Shown: positions 50,741 to 61,611 of the stretch, in pieces
Layout of the letters: each line of letters begins with the position of its first letter
How positions within the stretch are numbered: position 1 is the stretch's first letter
From: Candidatus Gottesmanbacteria bacterium
Lineage (GTDB): Bacteria > Patescibacteriota > Microgenomatia > UBA10105 > UBA927
Direction of reading: 5' to 3'
NCBI GenBank assembly: GCA_903821745.1
Contig: CAIJMI010000005.1
Coordinates: 135,802-199,801 of the forward strand
Length of the DNA stretch: 64,000 bases
Notes under the pieces: model-generated
Database searches by the model: none
Told to the model about the DNA's origin: nothing
Seen by the model: the letters and a program-made list of their open reading frames with translations, nothing else
Program-made: the position numbers and the translations under genes

Positions 50741-51548
50741 ATATACCTCCTATACTTTTTTTTGCTTGTACCAAAATCCCGCTTCCTACTGTTACAATTC
50801 GCTCCTTCCCGCCTCCGCGAACGTAAAAAGCGCCGAGTGATTGTCCGAAAATTCCGACCAAGACCCATTGATTGGCGCTTAGGTGTCCCCAGTATACCGT
50901 ATGTTCCCCAAAGAACTCAACTGCAAATGCGGAGAGGGAAAACAAAATAAAAAACCACATCGCAATACTGCCATCCTGCCAGGCATGTTTTTTTGCAGCG
51001 CGCTTCACCAGAACAAGAATACCAATAATACCAATCATGGCAAGTAAACTATACAGTTGTATCGGATGCCGCCTCCCAAGAAACCCACCATAGAAAACTG
51101 CCCATTTGACCGCAGCAACTTTTCCAACAATTGACCCATCAAGAAATCCTCCGATAAGTCCAACAACATACGCCCACATAAACGAAAGAGAAAATGCATC
51201 AAGTATATGGGCAACACGAATTTTGTGCTTCATAGCAAAAAAGACGAGCATCACCACCGCACCAAGGAGAGCTCCATAAAGGGATAATCCCGGTTGTACC
51301 CACAGCGCGACTACTCGAAGCCAGTTTGCAAAAAATAAGGACACATGACTGATCACAAACCCAAAACGAGCAACGACAAGTGCCACAAGCGTTGTTGCAA
51401 ACATCGCATCAAAGGTCTGTTCATCATGTATAGCCAGAGATCGAAGATGTCGCCAAAAGGTAAATGACCAGATAATCCAAGCAAAAATCAAAAAAATACT
51501 AAAACTATACAAGTGAAATGAACCGATTGAAAAAAGTATTGGCATCAT
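50703..51548 (-). CDS. Divergent Lgt-like membrane protein
   Basis: PILFSIG, ARFGFV, GLSLYGA, RHPIQLY, VEFF. Confidence 0.7.
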   Translation of the reverse strand: MMPILFSIGSFHLYSFSIFLIFAWIIWSFTFWRHLRSLAIHDEQTFDAMFATTLVALVVARFGFVISHVSLFFANWLRVVALWVQPGLSLYGALLGAVVMLVFFAMKHKIRVAHILDAFSLSFMWAYVVGLIGGFLDGSIVGKVAAVKWAVFYGGFLGRRHPIQLYSLLAMIGIIGILVLVKRAAKKHAWQDGSIAMWFFILFSLSAFAVEFFGEHTVYWGHLSANQWVLVGIFGQSLGAFYVRGGGKERIVTVGSGILVQAKKSIGGIYAKFSKRNTQGN

Positions 51549-51617
51549 ACATAAAAAGTATACCCCACATGGTGCAGTTGCTTCCAGTAGGCAGTTTGCC
51601 ATACAATAAGAGAACAT

Positions 51618-52091
51618 ATGATGGCTACCGCTCACACCTTGGTTGCAGGCGCAATCGCTGCAAAAGTCGGAAATCCCAGCCTCGCCCTGCCACTCGCCCT
51701 CACCTCGCATTTTATCCTTGATAGCATTCCACACTGGGATTTTGGAACCAGTTGGCGAAAACGAACGAAATTTGCAACGGGCGCATTTGCAATAGTCGAT
51801 ACCGTCATCGGCATTTCCCTTACCTGGTTTATGTTTGCACCCAAAGTTACCCCACTACTTCTTGCGAGCTGTTTGATGCTTTCCGTTATACCAGATTGGA
51901 TGGAAGCGCCTTGGTATATCTTTTTTGCAGATCCGAAACACAAAGGACCCAAAAAAAACGCGGGTCTGTTTGAAAAAGTATTTTACGGAGTCTACAAATG
52001 TACAAATAAAGCACATACAAAAGCACCATTTCCTTGGGGACTTATCTCACAAATTGCAACCGTTACATTTTTTTTGCTTGTGCTTCAATAA
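51618..52091 (+). CDS. Membrane protein, possible metal-binding hydrolase
   Basis: TAH, SHFILDSIPHWD, PD, H motifs. Confidence 0.65.
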   Translation: MMATAHTLVAGAIAAKVGNPSLALPLALTSHFILDSIPHWDFGTSWRKRTKFATGAFAIVDTVIGISLTWFMFAPKVTPLLLASCLMLSVIPDWMEAPWYIFFADPKHKGPKKNAGLFEKVFYGVYKCTNKAHTKAPFPWGLISQIATVTFFLLVLQ

Positions 52092-53583
52092 AGGATAAGA
52101 TTGTCCGAACACCAAATCCTGTGCCACCATACCGTGTCAATGCTGTTTCTTTTTCCGCAAATGCTGGTCCTGCAATATCAATATGTGCCCATGGCATATG
52201 TTCATTCACGAATTCTTTCAAAAATAATGCACCCGTTATTGCACCCCCATAATGTACTTTTGAAACATTTGCAATATCTGCAATCGGGCTTTTTAAATCT
52301 TTCTCATATGCTGTTGCAATCGGCATTCTCCATAACTTTTCCCCTGCAATTAGACCGGCCGCAAGGATTCCCTGAGCCAGGGCAGTATCATCAGAAAATA
52401 CACCAGCAATATCCTCGCCAAGCGCAACCACACACGCTCCGGTGAGCGTTGCAAGGTCGATAATACAGTCGGATATAATATATTTTTCCGCATACGATAG
52501 TGCATCAGCCAAGATAAGTCTACCTTCTGCATCGGTATTTAACACTTCAATGGTTTTTCCATTCATTGCCCGGACAACATCTCCTGGCTTCATTGCGTGT
52601 CCGCTGGGCATATTTTCACACGCAGCAATCAATCCGACAACGTTAATTTTTGGTTTAAGCGATGCGAGTGCCTCAAAAACACCGAGAATTGCGGCGGCTC
52701 CCGCCATATCACACTTCATCGTTTCCATACTTGAAGAAGGTTTGATGGACAATCCACCCGAATCATACGTAATGCCTTTTCCTACCAAACAAATCGTTTT
52801 CTTTCCCCCGCCGTGATAGGAAAGTTTGATAAACTTTGGTTCTTCGTTGGATCCTCTGGAAACACCAAGCAACGAACCCATACCGAATTTCGTTATTTCT
52901 TTTTTACCAAATACCCTACACATGATTGTTTTTTGTTTTGCAAGAGATTTTGCAGCACGTGCAAGTGCAGACGGTGTCATCACAGAAGACGGTTCATTGA
53001 CGAGATCACGCGCAAATATCGTTCCTGAAGCACGATTTGATCCGTCAATAATCCCCTTCATGGTTTCGGTCACCTGAGATGCTGATACGACAACCGTCAC
53101 AATTGCAATATCTTTTTCTTTTTCCTGAATTTTTTTACTTTTATACGGCAAAAATGCATAGGAACCGAATCCGACTGCTTCCGTCAATAAGCGTGCCGTC
53201 AAAAATGAAGTAAAACGCTCTAAAATTTCCTTAGGAAGAGAAAGTACAACAGATGCCGCATGGCTTTGTTTTGCACGTACTATTGAAGCAGCAACAGCGG
53301 ATTGAAAATCAAATGCCGTCATCTCCTGGAGCCTGCCACATCCGACAATAATCACCCGCGTATACGGAAGCATACCATGTGACTGCACGACAAATATTGC
53401 ACCAACTGTCGGTTCAAAGTCTTCTGACTTCAATAACTTCTTCACTTCCCCTTTCAGTCGTTCATCAACATATGCACTATCCGAAAAATAAACGGGAGAT
53501 GAATTTGTATCAGATCCAACAAACACGACAAGCGTGTCAGCAGCAACTGAAAACAAGGATTTCGCGGTGGTATAGAATTTCAT
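52063..53583 (-). CDS. pepA: Leucyl aminopeptidase (M17)
   Basis: GKGITYDSGG, MKCDMAG, NTDAEGRL, DLATLTG, WAHIDIAG. Confidence 0.96.
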   Translation of the reverse strand: MKFYTTAKSLFSVAADTLVVFVGSDTNSSPVYFSDSAYVDERLKGEVKKLLKSEDFEPTVGAIFVVQSHGMLPYTRVIIVGCGRLQEMTAFDFQSAVAASIVRAKQSHAASVVLSLPKEILERFTSFLTARLLTEAVGFGSYAFLPYKSKKIQEKEKDIAIVTVVVSASQVTETMKGIIDGSNRASGTIFARDLVNEPSSVMTPSALARAAKSLAKQKTIMCRVFGKKEITKFGMGSLLGVSRGSNEEPKFIKLSYHGGGKKTICLVGKGITYDSGGLSIKPSSSMETMKCDMAGAAAILGVFEALASLKPKINVVGLIAACENMPSGHAMKPGDVVRAMNGKTIEVLNTDAEGRLILADALSYAEKYIISDCIIDLATLTGACVVALGEDIAGVFSDDTALAQGILAAGLIAGEKLWRMPIATAYEKDLKSPIADIANVSKVHYGGAITGALFLKEFVNEHMPWAHIDIAGPAFAEKETALTRYGGTGFGVRTILSFIEAQAKKM

Positions 53584-53639
53584 AATTATCTCGTACGGAG
53601 CGTATTATAGCACCAGGAAGAAAAATGTTAGACTTTTTG

Positions 53640-53724
53640 TGCTGAGAGAGGGACTCGAACCCTCACGGAGTATTATCTCCACAAGTTTTTGAGACTTGCG
53701 CGTATACCATTCCGCCACCTCAGC
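53640..53724 (-). tRNA. tRNA-Leu(CAA), CCA not encoded
   Basis: GCTGAGG acceptor stem, anticodon arm CAAGT-CTCAAAA-ACTTG, long variable arm, GGTTCGAGTCC; TGnTATAAT upstream. Confidence 0.96.
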
Positions 53725-53778
53725 AGCACGTTAAATTATACAACGAAGTAACGATTTAGCGAAGAACAGTTGTCCTTA

Positions 53779-55116
53779 CTATGGACTCTCCCCTTGTTTA
53801 TGTTCAACGCCGAAGAATCGGATTCGGTCACCACGAAACACCAAATCAATTTCACCAAGTGGCCCGTTTCTGTGTTTTGCAACACGAAGTTTGGTAGGAA
53901 TTTGATCACCCCATTGCGTCATATCCGCTTCTTCGCGGTACAAAAACATAACAACGTCCGCGTCCTGTTCAATGGATCCTGACTCCCGAAGGTCGGATAA
54001 TTCTGGAACTCGGGTTCCACGGGATTCAACGGCACGCGACAGTTGTGAGCAAGCAAGAACCGGAACGTTGAGTTCACGGGCTAAATTTTTAAAACTTTGT
54101 GAAATCATGGAGACCTCCTGCACCCGGCTATCAAGACGCCTTCCAGGATCAGCAAGTTGCAAGTAGTCGATGATAATCAGTTTTACCCCAAATTCCATTT
54201 GTAGTCGTCTTGCTTTCGTCCGCATTTCCAAAATATTTAATCCCGGTGTGTCATCAATATAAATAGGAGCTTCTGCCAGTTGTCCCATAGCATCAGACAG
54301 TTTCGTAAAATCATCATCAGATAACTTCCCGGTTTTTAGCTTCCATGCATCGATATCTGCTTGCGCAACAAGCAGACGATCTACTAACTCTTCTTTGCTC
54401 ATTTCAAGAGAAAAAATGCCAACCGGAACTTTTTCATGAACCGAGACATATTGGGCAATGTTTAAAATCATTGCGGTCTTTCCAGTACCCGGACGGGCTG
54501 CAAGAATAATTAAGTTGGCATCCTGCATACCGGCAAGTTTCATATCCAAATCATGAAACCCGGTAGCAACTCCGCGAAGTCCTCCAGCCCGTTTATGGAG
54601 TTCATCCAAACGGTCAAAAGAAGATGCAAGTGCGTCTTTAATCGGAATAAAATCCCGCTTCATCGCATGCTGGGAAATAGAAAAGATATGCTGCTCTGCA
54701 CTATCAAGAATGGACTGCACTTCCCCGGATTCCTTAAATGCCAGTTCATTTATTTCTGCAGCAGCTGAAATTAACAACCGTTTCGTGTTGTATTCTTTAA
54801 TAATCCGACCGTACTGTTCAGCGTTTGCTGCCGTTGGAACAACGTTCACGAGTTCATTAATAACCGATGCTCCCCCAACGCTCGTGAGATTCCCCTGTTT
54901 TTTGAGCTCATTGACAACAGTGACTACATCAATAGGATCATGCCGTTCATACAGGGCCATCATGGACGCAAATATGAGTCCGAAGTGTTCGTTATAAAAA
55001 TGTTCCGGACGAAGAAACTCCACCACATCAATCATGGCATCCTTATCAAGAAGAATGGCACCTAAGACCGACTGCTCGGCGCTGTCGTCATGCGGAGGAA
55101 CTTTTGGATTTTGCAT
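53779..55116 (-). CDS. dnaB: Replicative DNA helicase
   Basis: AEQSVLG, ARPGTGKT, FSLEM, IDYLQL, SDLRESGSIEQDAD, KHRNG; no intein. Confidence 0.97.
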   Translation of the reverse strand: MQNPKVPPHDDSAEQSVLGAILLDKDAMIDVVEFLRPEHFYNEHFGLIFASMMALYERHDPIDVVTVVNELKKQGNLTSVGGASVINELVNVVPTAANAEQYGRIIKEYNTKRLLISAAAEINELAFKESGEVQSILDSAEQHIFSISQHAMKRDFIPIKDALASSFDRLDELHKRAGGLRGVATGFHDLDMKLAGMQDANLIILAARPGTGKTAMILNIAQYVSVHEKVPVGIFSLEMSKEELVDRLLVAQADIDAWKLKTGKLSDDDFTKLSDAMGQLAEAPIYIDDTPGLNILEMRTKARRLQMEFGVKLIIIDYLQLADPGRRLDSRVQEVSMISQSFKNLARELNVPVLACSQLSRAVESRGTRVPELSDLRESGSIEQDADVVMFLYREEADMTQWGDQIPTKLRVAKHRNGPLGEIDLVFRGDRIRFFGVEHKQGESP

Positions 55117-55117
55117 A

Positions 55118-55747
55118 TCACTCAAGAACAACAATCTGCATCTCTTCTGGAATTTTGCCTTTGGAGATAGCTAGTTTCGGTTGGGCAACGACCGTTTCTT
55201 TTTCCATTTCTTTTAAGAACGCTGAAACCGGTGATAATTCTTTTATGGTAATACCCGGACGATCATAATGCATAGGAATGACAATTTTTGGTTCTATCTC
55301 AGCAATTATTTTTTTTGCCTGCGCTGCATCAATCGTATATGTTCCGCCCACCGGAATAAACAAAATGTCCACGCCATCAAGAAGATCAATTTCGGCTGTT
55401 GTTAACAGTCGTCCCAAATCGCCAAGATGCACAATGTTTAAATCTTCCATTTCAATCCGAAAAACAGTACTTTTCTCTGGAGCGTCTCCACCGTGTTCTG
55501 TATTAAATCCAATCACACCAACACCTTTAATGTCATATTCTCCTGCGCCCTGGACAACAAATGGATCGCCTTCAAGCTGTGATACATCATTGTGATCTTT
55601 GTGCGTATGTGAGACCGTTACAATGTCACATGCGGTATGTTTTGGAAATTTTAAACCGGTGAAATTTGAATCAAACGGATCCATAACCAACGTCACGGAT
55701 TTTCCTTTTAATTTGAATGACGAATGACCTAAAGATATGATGTCCAT
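55118..55747 (-). CDS. MBL-fold metallo-hydrolase
   Basis: GHSSF, SHTHKDH, HLGD, IPMHY. Confidence 0.9.
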   Translation of the reverse strand: MDIISLGHSSFKLKGKSVTLVMDPFDSNFTGLKFPKHTACDIVTVSHTHKDHNDVSQLEGDPFVVQGAGEYDIKGVGVIGFNTEHGGDAPEKSTVFRIEMEDLNIVHLGDLGRLLTTAEIDLLDGVDILFIPVGGTYTIDAAQAKKIIAEIEPKIVIPMHYDRPGITIKELSPVSAFLKEMEKETVVAQPKLAISKGKIPEEMQIVVLE

Positions 55748-55802
55748 ATGCTTGCATTTTATACCACGTCTCGTGTATGCTTAGCAACACCTCAAAAAAA
55801 TT

Positions 55803-56273
55803 ATGAACAAGGACGCGCTATTTGCAACATTAATCGGACTTGGTATCGGACTCTTGCTCACCGGTATTATTCTTGTCGGTCCATCAGTAGCAAAATCATT
55901 ACCCACGATTAAATTACCAACGATTTCCAAAATTAGTCTTCTCTCTTTTTCATTCCCCAAAAAAGCAACACCCACACCCACCGTTGATACCACAAAACAA
56001 TCAAGACACAAACTTACTATCGATAGTCCGCTTCCTGATGCCATTGAAACAACAGAGAGTCTCCTTATTTCAGGCGCTACATCAACCAGCGCAACCGTTG
56101 TCATTCAAGGACAACTTGATGATAGTGTCATCGTAACAACCGCTGATGGAAAATATGCGGGAAAGATTACGCTTGTTGAAGGGAAAAACGACATAACTGT
56201 CACCAGTTATAGCACCGCCAAAGAACAAAAGGTACAAACAGTCACCGTCTACTTTACACCGGAACAATGGTAA
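55803..56273 (+). CDS. Membrane-anchored Ig-like domain protein
   Basis: TM, P/T linker, LTIDSP...LVEGKNDITV. Confidence 0.7.
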   Translation: MNKDALFATLIGLGIGLLLTGIILVGPSVAKSLPTIKLPTISKISLLSFSFPKKATPTPTVDTTKQSRHKLTIDSPLPDAIETTESLLISGATSTSATVVIQGQLDDSVIVTTADGKYAGKITLVEGKNDITVTSYSTAKEQKVQTVTVYFTPEQW

Positions 56274-57037
56274 GAACTATGAAAACAACATTCTCTATTT
56301 TTATTACGATACTTTTTCTTGCAAGCGTATGTTCACCGGTTGTTGCACAAACTGCAACATTGTCTGCAACTCCAACGACTGCAACAGATAAAGCACAACA
56401 GCTCGAAAGTCTCAAAGACCGTCTCGCAACAAAAGTTGCAGAGCTTCGACAATCACAACGTATGGCAGTATTTGGGACTATTAAATCCGTCAGCATTTCA
56501 ACATTTACCGTTGAAACCAAAACCAAAGATTTAAAAATTGAACTGACCGATGATATTAAAGTCTTTCAAATGCTCAAAGGAAAACGAACAGCTCTCAAAA
56601 CAGACAATCTGGAAAAGGGTGATATCGTAACGGTCTTTGGAGAATACGACAACACGTTAGAACTTTTAAAAACAAGCGTCGTCTTTATTCAAGGAGTAGC
56701 ACCACTTCAGGTTTCAGGAACAATTACAGAAACAAACAAAACTGACTACACCATTACCATCACAGCGCCAGACAGTAAAACATACATCATTGATTTTGAA
56801 ACAACTACCAAAACATCCTTGTGGAATGGAAGTGCCCTTGTCAAAGGCGGATTTTCCACGTTTACAGTTGGTGACATCATTCATGTAACAGGATCCGCAG
56901 TTGCTAAAAAAGAAAACCGAATCAGTGCCAGCCGAATTGTCGATATCACACCACAAGTAAAAGGTGCGTCAACATCGGCAACTCCAACAAAAGCAGCAAC
57001 ACCAACTACAATCCTCAAAACAACCCCTACGCCGTAA
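56267..57037 (+). CDS. Secreted beta-repeat protein (DUF5666-like)
   Basis: Signal peptide; two GTI...GD.V.V.G repeats; T/P-rich tail. Confidence 0.65.
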   Translation: MVRTMKTTFSIFITILFLASVCSPVVAQTATLSATPTTATDKAQQLESLKDRLATKVAELRQSQRMAVFGTIKSVSISTFTVETKTKDLKIELTDDIKVFQMLKGKRTALKTDNLEKGDIVTVFGEYDNTLELLKTSVVFIQGVAPLQVSGTITETNKTDYTITITAPDSKTYIIDFETTTKTSLWNGSALVKGGFSTFTVGDIIHVTGSAVAKKENRISASRIVDITPQVKGASTSATPTKAATPTTILKTTPTP

Positions 57038-57116
57038 CATTTTTTTCTTTCGCTTCAAAAATCAGGAATTGAACTAAGAGGTATAAACCTTGTATGATGA
57101 ATAAGGAGTACATTTT

Positions 57117-58325
57117 ATGATGAAAGCACAAACACTCAAAGGATTTCGAGATTTCTTGCCGGAGGAAGCTTCAAAACGCCAACGCGTGATGGAAATATTT
57201 CGGTTGGTCTTCACACGCTTTGGATTTGAACCCCTTGAAACACCGGCACTTGAATACGCAGAAACCCTCACCGGAAAATACGGATCAGAAGCAGATAAAT
57301 TGTTGTATTTATTTAAAGATAACGGTGACCGCGAAGTGGGACTTCGCTATGACCAGACCGTTCCCCTTTCTCGGGTGATGGCCGAGTACCAGGATATTCC
57401 GCTTCCATTTAAGCGGTATCAAATGCAACCAGTGTGGCGTGCAGAAAATACACAAAAAGGGAGATTCCGGGAATTTATGCAGTGCGACATCGATATCGTT
57501 GGCGCTGCAAACGAAACAGCAGATGTAGAGATTATCACCGCTACAATCGAGGCACTTCGTGCACTCAAATTGCCTGATCCGATGATTACCATCAATGACC
57601 GAACTTTGTTTGATTATTACAAAGTTTCAAAACAAGAAATTATTGCAATTGATAAACTCGATAAGATCGGCAAAGATGCAGTCATTGAACTGTTGGAAAA
57701 AGGTGGACGAAAAGATGCAAAAAATCTGTTTTCAACATTTGAAAAATCTGCAAAAACGGCAAAGCTCAAAAACATATTTACCATGCTTTCCAGTCAAGGG
57801 TACAAGGAAGGCGTTGATTACCGGTTCTCCCCGTTTCTTGCCAGGGGCCTTGATTACTACACGTCAACCATTTTTGAAGCAAATATTCCAAGTTATCCAG
57901 CAGGATCCATTGCAGGTGGCGGCAGATATGATGACCTCATTGGGCTTTTTAGTGGAAAACCCCTACCAGCTGTCGGTATTGCATTTGGATTTGACCGCGT
58001 CATAGAAATTCTTGAAGAAAAAAAGCTTCTGGAAACAAAAGAAACGGGTGCAACCGTACTTGTTACTGTCTTTGATGAAAGCTCACGTATCGCATCCGGA
58101 GAAATTGCTTCTAAATTGCGATCTGGCGGCGTCAATACCGACCTCTACCTTGAACCAGCAAAACTCGAAAAGCAACTGAAATATGCAGACAAGAAAAAAA
58201 TCCCATACGCAATTGTACAAGGACCGGATGAAAAAACAAATGAAGTAGTTCAACTTAAAAACATGAAGACAAGGGAAAACAAACTGATGACTATAGAAGA
58301 TGTCATCAAAACGCTTGGGATATGA
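57117..58325 (+). CDS. hisS: Histidine--tRNA ligase
   Basis: LRYDQTVP, GRFREFMQCD, RGLDYY, GGGRYD. Confidence 0.97.
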   Translation: MMKAQTLKGFRDFLPEEASKRQRVMEIFRLVFTRFGFEPLETPALEYAETLTGKYGSEADKLLYLFKDNGDREVGLRYDQTVPLSRVMAEYQDIPLPFKRYQMQPVWRAENTQKGRFREFMQCDIDIVGAANETADVEIITATIEALRALKLPDPMITINDRTLFDYYKVSKQEIIAIDKLDKIGKDAVIELLEKGGRKDAKNLFSTFEKSAKTAKLKNIFTMLSSQGYKEGVDYRFSPFLARGLDYYTSTIFEANIPSYPAGSIAGGGRYDDLIGLFSGKPLPAVGIAFGFDRVIEILEEKKLLETKETGATVLVTVFDESSRIASGEIASKLRSGGVNTDLYLEPAKLEKQLKYADKKKIPYAIVQGPDEKTNEVVQLKNMKTRENKLMTIEDVIKTLGI

Positions 58326-59257
58326 CTTCTGTCCAAAAAGGGGTGTTAAGTCTCATCATCGCAAACATCATCTGGGGATTTGCCTCTCCTATTTTTAAGT
58401 GGAGTCTGACCAACATTCCCCCATTCACTCTCGCGTTCCTCAGATTTTTTATCGCGGCTATTCTTCTTGCTATTATTCTGAGAAAAAAATTAACCATGCC
58501 GATTACCAATTCCCACGACTTCTGGCTTTTGATGATCAATGCACTCACCGGAATTACTGCAAATATCACATTCTTTTTCCTTGGGCTGCGACTTACTCTT
58601 GCCATGAATGTTCCAGTCATTGCATCTTCACAACCTATTATGGTTTTTTTATTTGCGTATCTGTTCTTAAAAGAAAAACTCAAATTCAAAAAAGCATTAG
58701 GTATGATTATCGGAACTATCGGTATTCTCATTATCGTCCTTGAACCGATTTACTATCGTGGGATTGATGGAAATGCCATTGGTAATTTTCTCATTATTCT
58801 GGCAACCATCAGCGGCGCAATTGGCATATTGACAGGTCGTCAGGTATTTCAAAAGTATGATCCGTTTATCCTGACGTTTTGGACATTTATCATTGGTGCG
58901 ATATCCTTTTTACCCCCTGCAATAGTCGAGTACATCAGACAACCAACCCTCTACCAACAACTGGATATTCGCGGCATTACCGGTATCGTATTTGGCTCGA
59001 TATTTTCAAGTATGATTGCCTATTCGCTCCTTTCCTACGGACTTTCCAAGGTTCAAGCAAGTGAAGCATCACTGTTTACCTATATAGACCCGATTGCAGG
59101 CACAATTCTTGCCTATTTCATGCTGAAGGAACCCATTACCATTCCTTTTATCATCGGGGGTGCATTTATCTTTCTGGGTATTTATATCGCTGAACGCAGG
59201 ATTAATTACCATCCGTTTGCAAAATTACGCCGAGATTTAGCCTCCAAAACTCCCTAA
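58322..59257 (+). CDS. DMT/EamA family transporter
   Basis: [21 protein letters not shown]. Confidence 0.9.
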   Translation: MTSVQKGVLSLIIANIIWGFASPIFKWSLTNIPPFTLAFLRFFIAAILLAIILRKKLTMPITNSHDFWLLMINALTGITANITFFFLGLRLTLAMNVPVIASSQPIMVFLFAYLFLKEKLKFKKALGMIIGTIGILIIVLEPIYYRGIDGNAIGNFLIILATISGAIGILTGRQVFQKYDPFILTFWTFIIGAISFLPPAIVEYIRQPTLYQQLDIRGITGIVFGSIFSSMIAYSLLSYGLSKVQASEASLFTYIDPIAGTILAYFMLKEPITIPFIIGGAFIFLGIYIAERRINYHPFAKLRRDLASKTP

Positions 59258-59295
59258 TTCCAATTTTGCTTTCGTTTGTGTATAATAGACTTCTT

Positions 59296-59604
59296 ATGCA
59301 AGCCGGAATTCATCCAACATGGTTTGAAGACGCAAAAGTGACGTGTGCCTGTGGCAACACGTTTACTGTTGGCGCATCAAAAGCAGAAATCCGTGTCGAT
59401 ATCTGTTCCAAATGCCACCCGTTCTTCACGGGAGAAATGAAGTTTGTTGACACCATGGGTCGCGTTGAAAAATTCCAACAGAAACAAAAAGAAGCAGCTG
59501 CAAAAGTGTCTATGCTTATGGAAAAGAAAAAGAAAAAGAAAGAACACGAAGAACAACTCCGCAATCCAAAATCACTCCGTGAGATGCTCATGGGAGCAAA
59601 GTAA
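59296..59604 (+). CDS. rpmE: 50S ribosomal protein L31 with C-terminal extension
   Basis: [26 protein letters not shown]. Confidence 0.96.
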   Translation: MQAGIHPTWFEDAKVTCACGNTFTVGASKAEIRVDICSKCHPFFTGEMKFVDTMGRVEKFQQKQKEAAAKVSMLMEKKKKKKEHEEQLRNPKSLREMLMGAK

Positions 59605-59623
59605 AAAAATTCGAGTACAGACT

Positions 59624-60322
59624 ATGAACCCCAATATTGTTACGCTTGAATTCCGCGCAGGCCCTGGAGGCGAAGAGGCAAAAATCTGGTCCATGGATCT
59701 CATGCGTATGTACACGCGGTATGCCAATATGTTAGGCTGGAAAGTCGAAGAAATTGCAGACAATGCAATCCGCATAAAAGGTGAAGGAGCATTTACAAAA
59801 CTCCAGTATGAAGCAGGCACCCACAGGGTTCAGCGAATACCTACCACAGAGCGTCAAGGACGAATCCACACATCAACCGCAACCGTCGCAGCACTTCCTG
59901 AAATTCCAGAAGCAGATATTGAAATCCATCCGGAAGATATTACCTGGGAATTTTACCGGGCAGGAGGCAAAGGCGGACAAAATGTCAATAAAGTTAGCTC
60001 TGCAGTCAGACTTCGCCATATGCCAACAGGACTCGTCGTCACCTGTCAATCAGAACGGGATCAGTTTCAAAATCGACAGGTTGCATTATCCCTTCTCCGG
60101 GCAAAACTTTGGGAAAAACGGGAAATGGAACAATCAGCAGCACTATCAGAACAGCGGTCAATCATTGGTCGAGGGATGCGGGCGGAAAAAATAAGAACGT
60201 ACAATTTTCCTCAAGACCGCGTGACAGATCACCGAATCAACAAATCATTCCATAACATTGATGGAATCATGGATGGAAAACTACAGAAAATAACGGAATC
60301 AATGACCGAATTACTTAAGTAA
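59624..60322 (+). CDS. prfA: Peptide chain release factor 1, N-terminally shortened
   Basis: RAGPGGEEA, HRVQRIPTTE (PxT), GGQNVNK, EKIRTYNFPQDRVTDHR. Confidence 0.9.
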   Translation: MNPNIVTLEFRAGPGGEEAKIWSMDLMRMYTRYANMLGWKVEEIADNAIRIKGEGAFTKLQYEAGTHRVQRIPTTERQGRIHTSTATVAALPEIPEADIEIHPEDITWEFYRAGGKGGQNVNKVSSAVRLRHMPTGLVVTCQSERDQFQNRQVALSLLRAKLWEKREMEQSAALSEQRSIIGRGMRAEKIRTYNFPQDRVTDHRINKSFHNIDGIMDGKLQKITESMTELLK

Positions 60323-61591
60323 TAATTCAATTGCCTTCAGAAGTTGTGCATCATGTGTCGCCTCTGGAGAATCCAGTTTCACTTCAACATCCGGTGTAAT
60401 GCCTTTTTTGTGAATCCAATCACCATTTGGCAACAACCATTTTCCTGTGGTGATATGCACGCTCGCTCCTCCGGACAAATCCTGTGGTGTTTGCACGGAA
60501 CCTTTTCCAAACGACGTGACTCCAACAATAGTTGCCCGTTTATGATCTTTAAGCGCTCCAGCAACGATTTCAGCCGCAGATGCACTTCCCTTGTTAATTA
60601 AGACCACAAGTGGAATATCCGTTAGTTTTCCTTTTCGGTCAATAGACAGTGCTTCTTTTGATCCATCACTGTTTGTTTGGGTGACAACGATGCCGCTTTT
60701 CAAAAATTCACTGGCAATAAATACAGCCCCATCCAGATATCCACCTGGATTATTTCGTAAATCAAATACCAATCCTTTTGCACCCTGTGCTGCTGTTTTT
60801 GCAATGATATCGTCAACCGCCGTTAACCATTCTTCATTGGTTCGATCGCCAAACCGGGAAAGGTAGATATAACCAACAGCGTTCTTGTTTGAAAATAACG
60901 CTGGTGTTACAACACCTGATATTTCAGTAATGTCTGCCGGCGTCTTCACCCAATATTCGACCGATGGAACAACTATGGCATCGCGAATAATCGTGACGTC
61001 TTCAGGTGTTTTTGACTTATCATGCAAAATCGTCAATGTCACTTTCGTTCCTTTTGTTCCACGAATTTTGGTAACAGCCTGATTTAAGGTCCACCCAACT
61101 GTTTCATCACCATTTACTTTCATGATCCAATCCATTGATTTTAATCCCACCTTTTCAGCAGGCGATCCCTTCAGAGGTGCTTGGATAATAATTTTATTAT
61201 CAATAAGCCCGAGTTGTGCACCAATTCCTTGGAAGGATCCACCAATATCTTCCTTAAATTCCGTATTCTCTTTCGGAGTCAAAAAGGTGGTGTAAGGATC
61301 ATCCAAAGAATTCACCATGCCAGAAATTGCCCCATAGACCATTTTCTGTGCATCTATGCTCGGTGCATCGATATAATAGGTACGAAGCCGTTGCCACACA
61401 TCCCAAAACAGAGAAAAATCGACTTTTACGTTGGAGGGTACGTCCTGATTAATAACAGCTGTTGCAGAAAGTGTTGGAGCCTTGGAAAAGACGCGGTTCT
61501 CTCCCAAACGATATCCAATGCCACCAATTAACACAGAAACAGCGATAGCAAGGATAATGGTACGGATTTTTGAAAACGGCAGAGTCTTCAT
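60311..61591 (-). CDS. S41 carboxyl-terminal protease
   Basis: LDDPYT, PDZ domain, DLRNNPGG, SASAAE, FGKGSVQ. Confidence 0.94.
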   Translation of the reverse strand: MKTLPFSKIRTIILAIAVSVLIGGIGYRLGENRVFSKAPTLSATAVINQDVPSNVKVDFSLFWDVWQRLRTYYIDAPSIDAQKMVYGAISGMVNSLDDPYTTFLTPKENTEFKEDIGGSFQGIGAQLGLIDNKIIIQAPLKGSPAEKVGLKSMDWIMKVNGDETVGWTLNQAVTKIRGTKGTKVTLTILHDKSKTPEDVTIIRDAIVVPSVEYWVKTPADITEISGVVTPALFSNKNAVGYIYLSRFGDRTNEEWLTAVDDIIAKTAAQGAKGLVFDLRNNPGGYLDGAVFIASEFLKSGIVVTQTNSDGSKEALSIDRKGKLTDIPLVVLINKGSASAAEIVAGALKDHKRATIVGVTSFGKGSVQTPQDLSGGASVHITTGKWLLPNGDWIHKKGITPDVEVKLDSPEATHDAQLLKAIELLLK

Positions 61592-61611
61592 TAATTTTTA
61601 AGTGTATACCT

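Noticed and set aside
53640-53724. tRNA-Leu as integration site of an island mobilised by the recombinase
   Set aside because: No duplicated tRNA 3' end noticed and flanking genes are housekeeping
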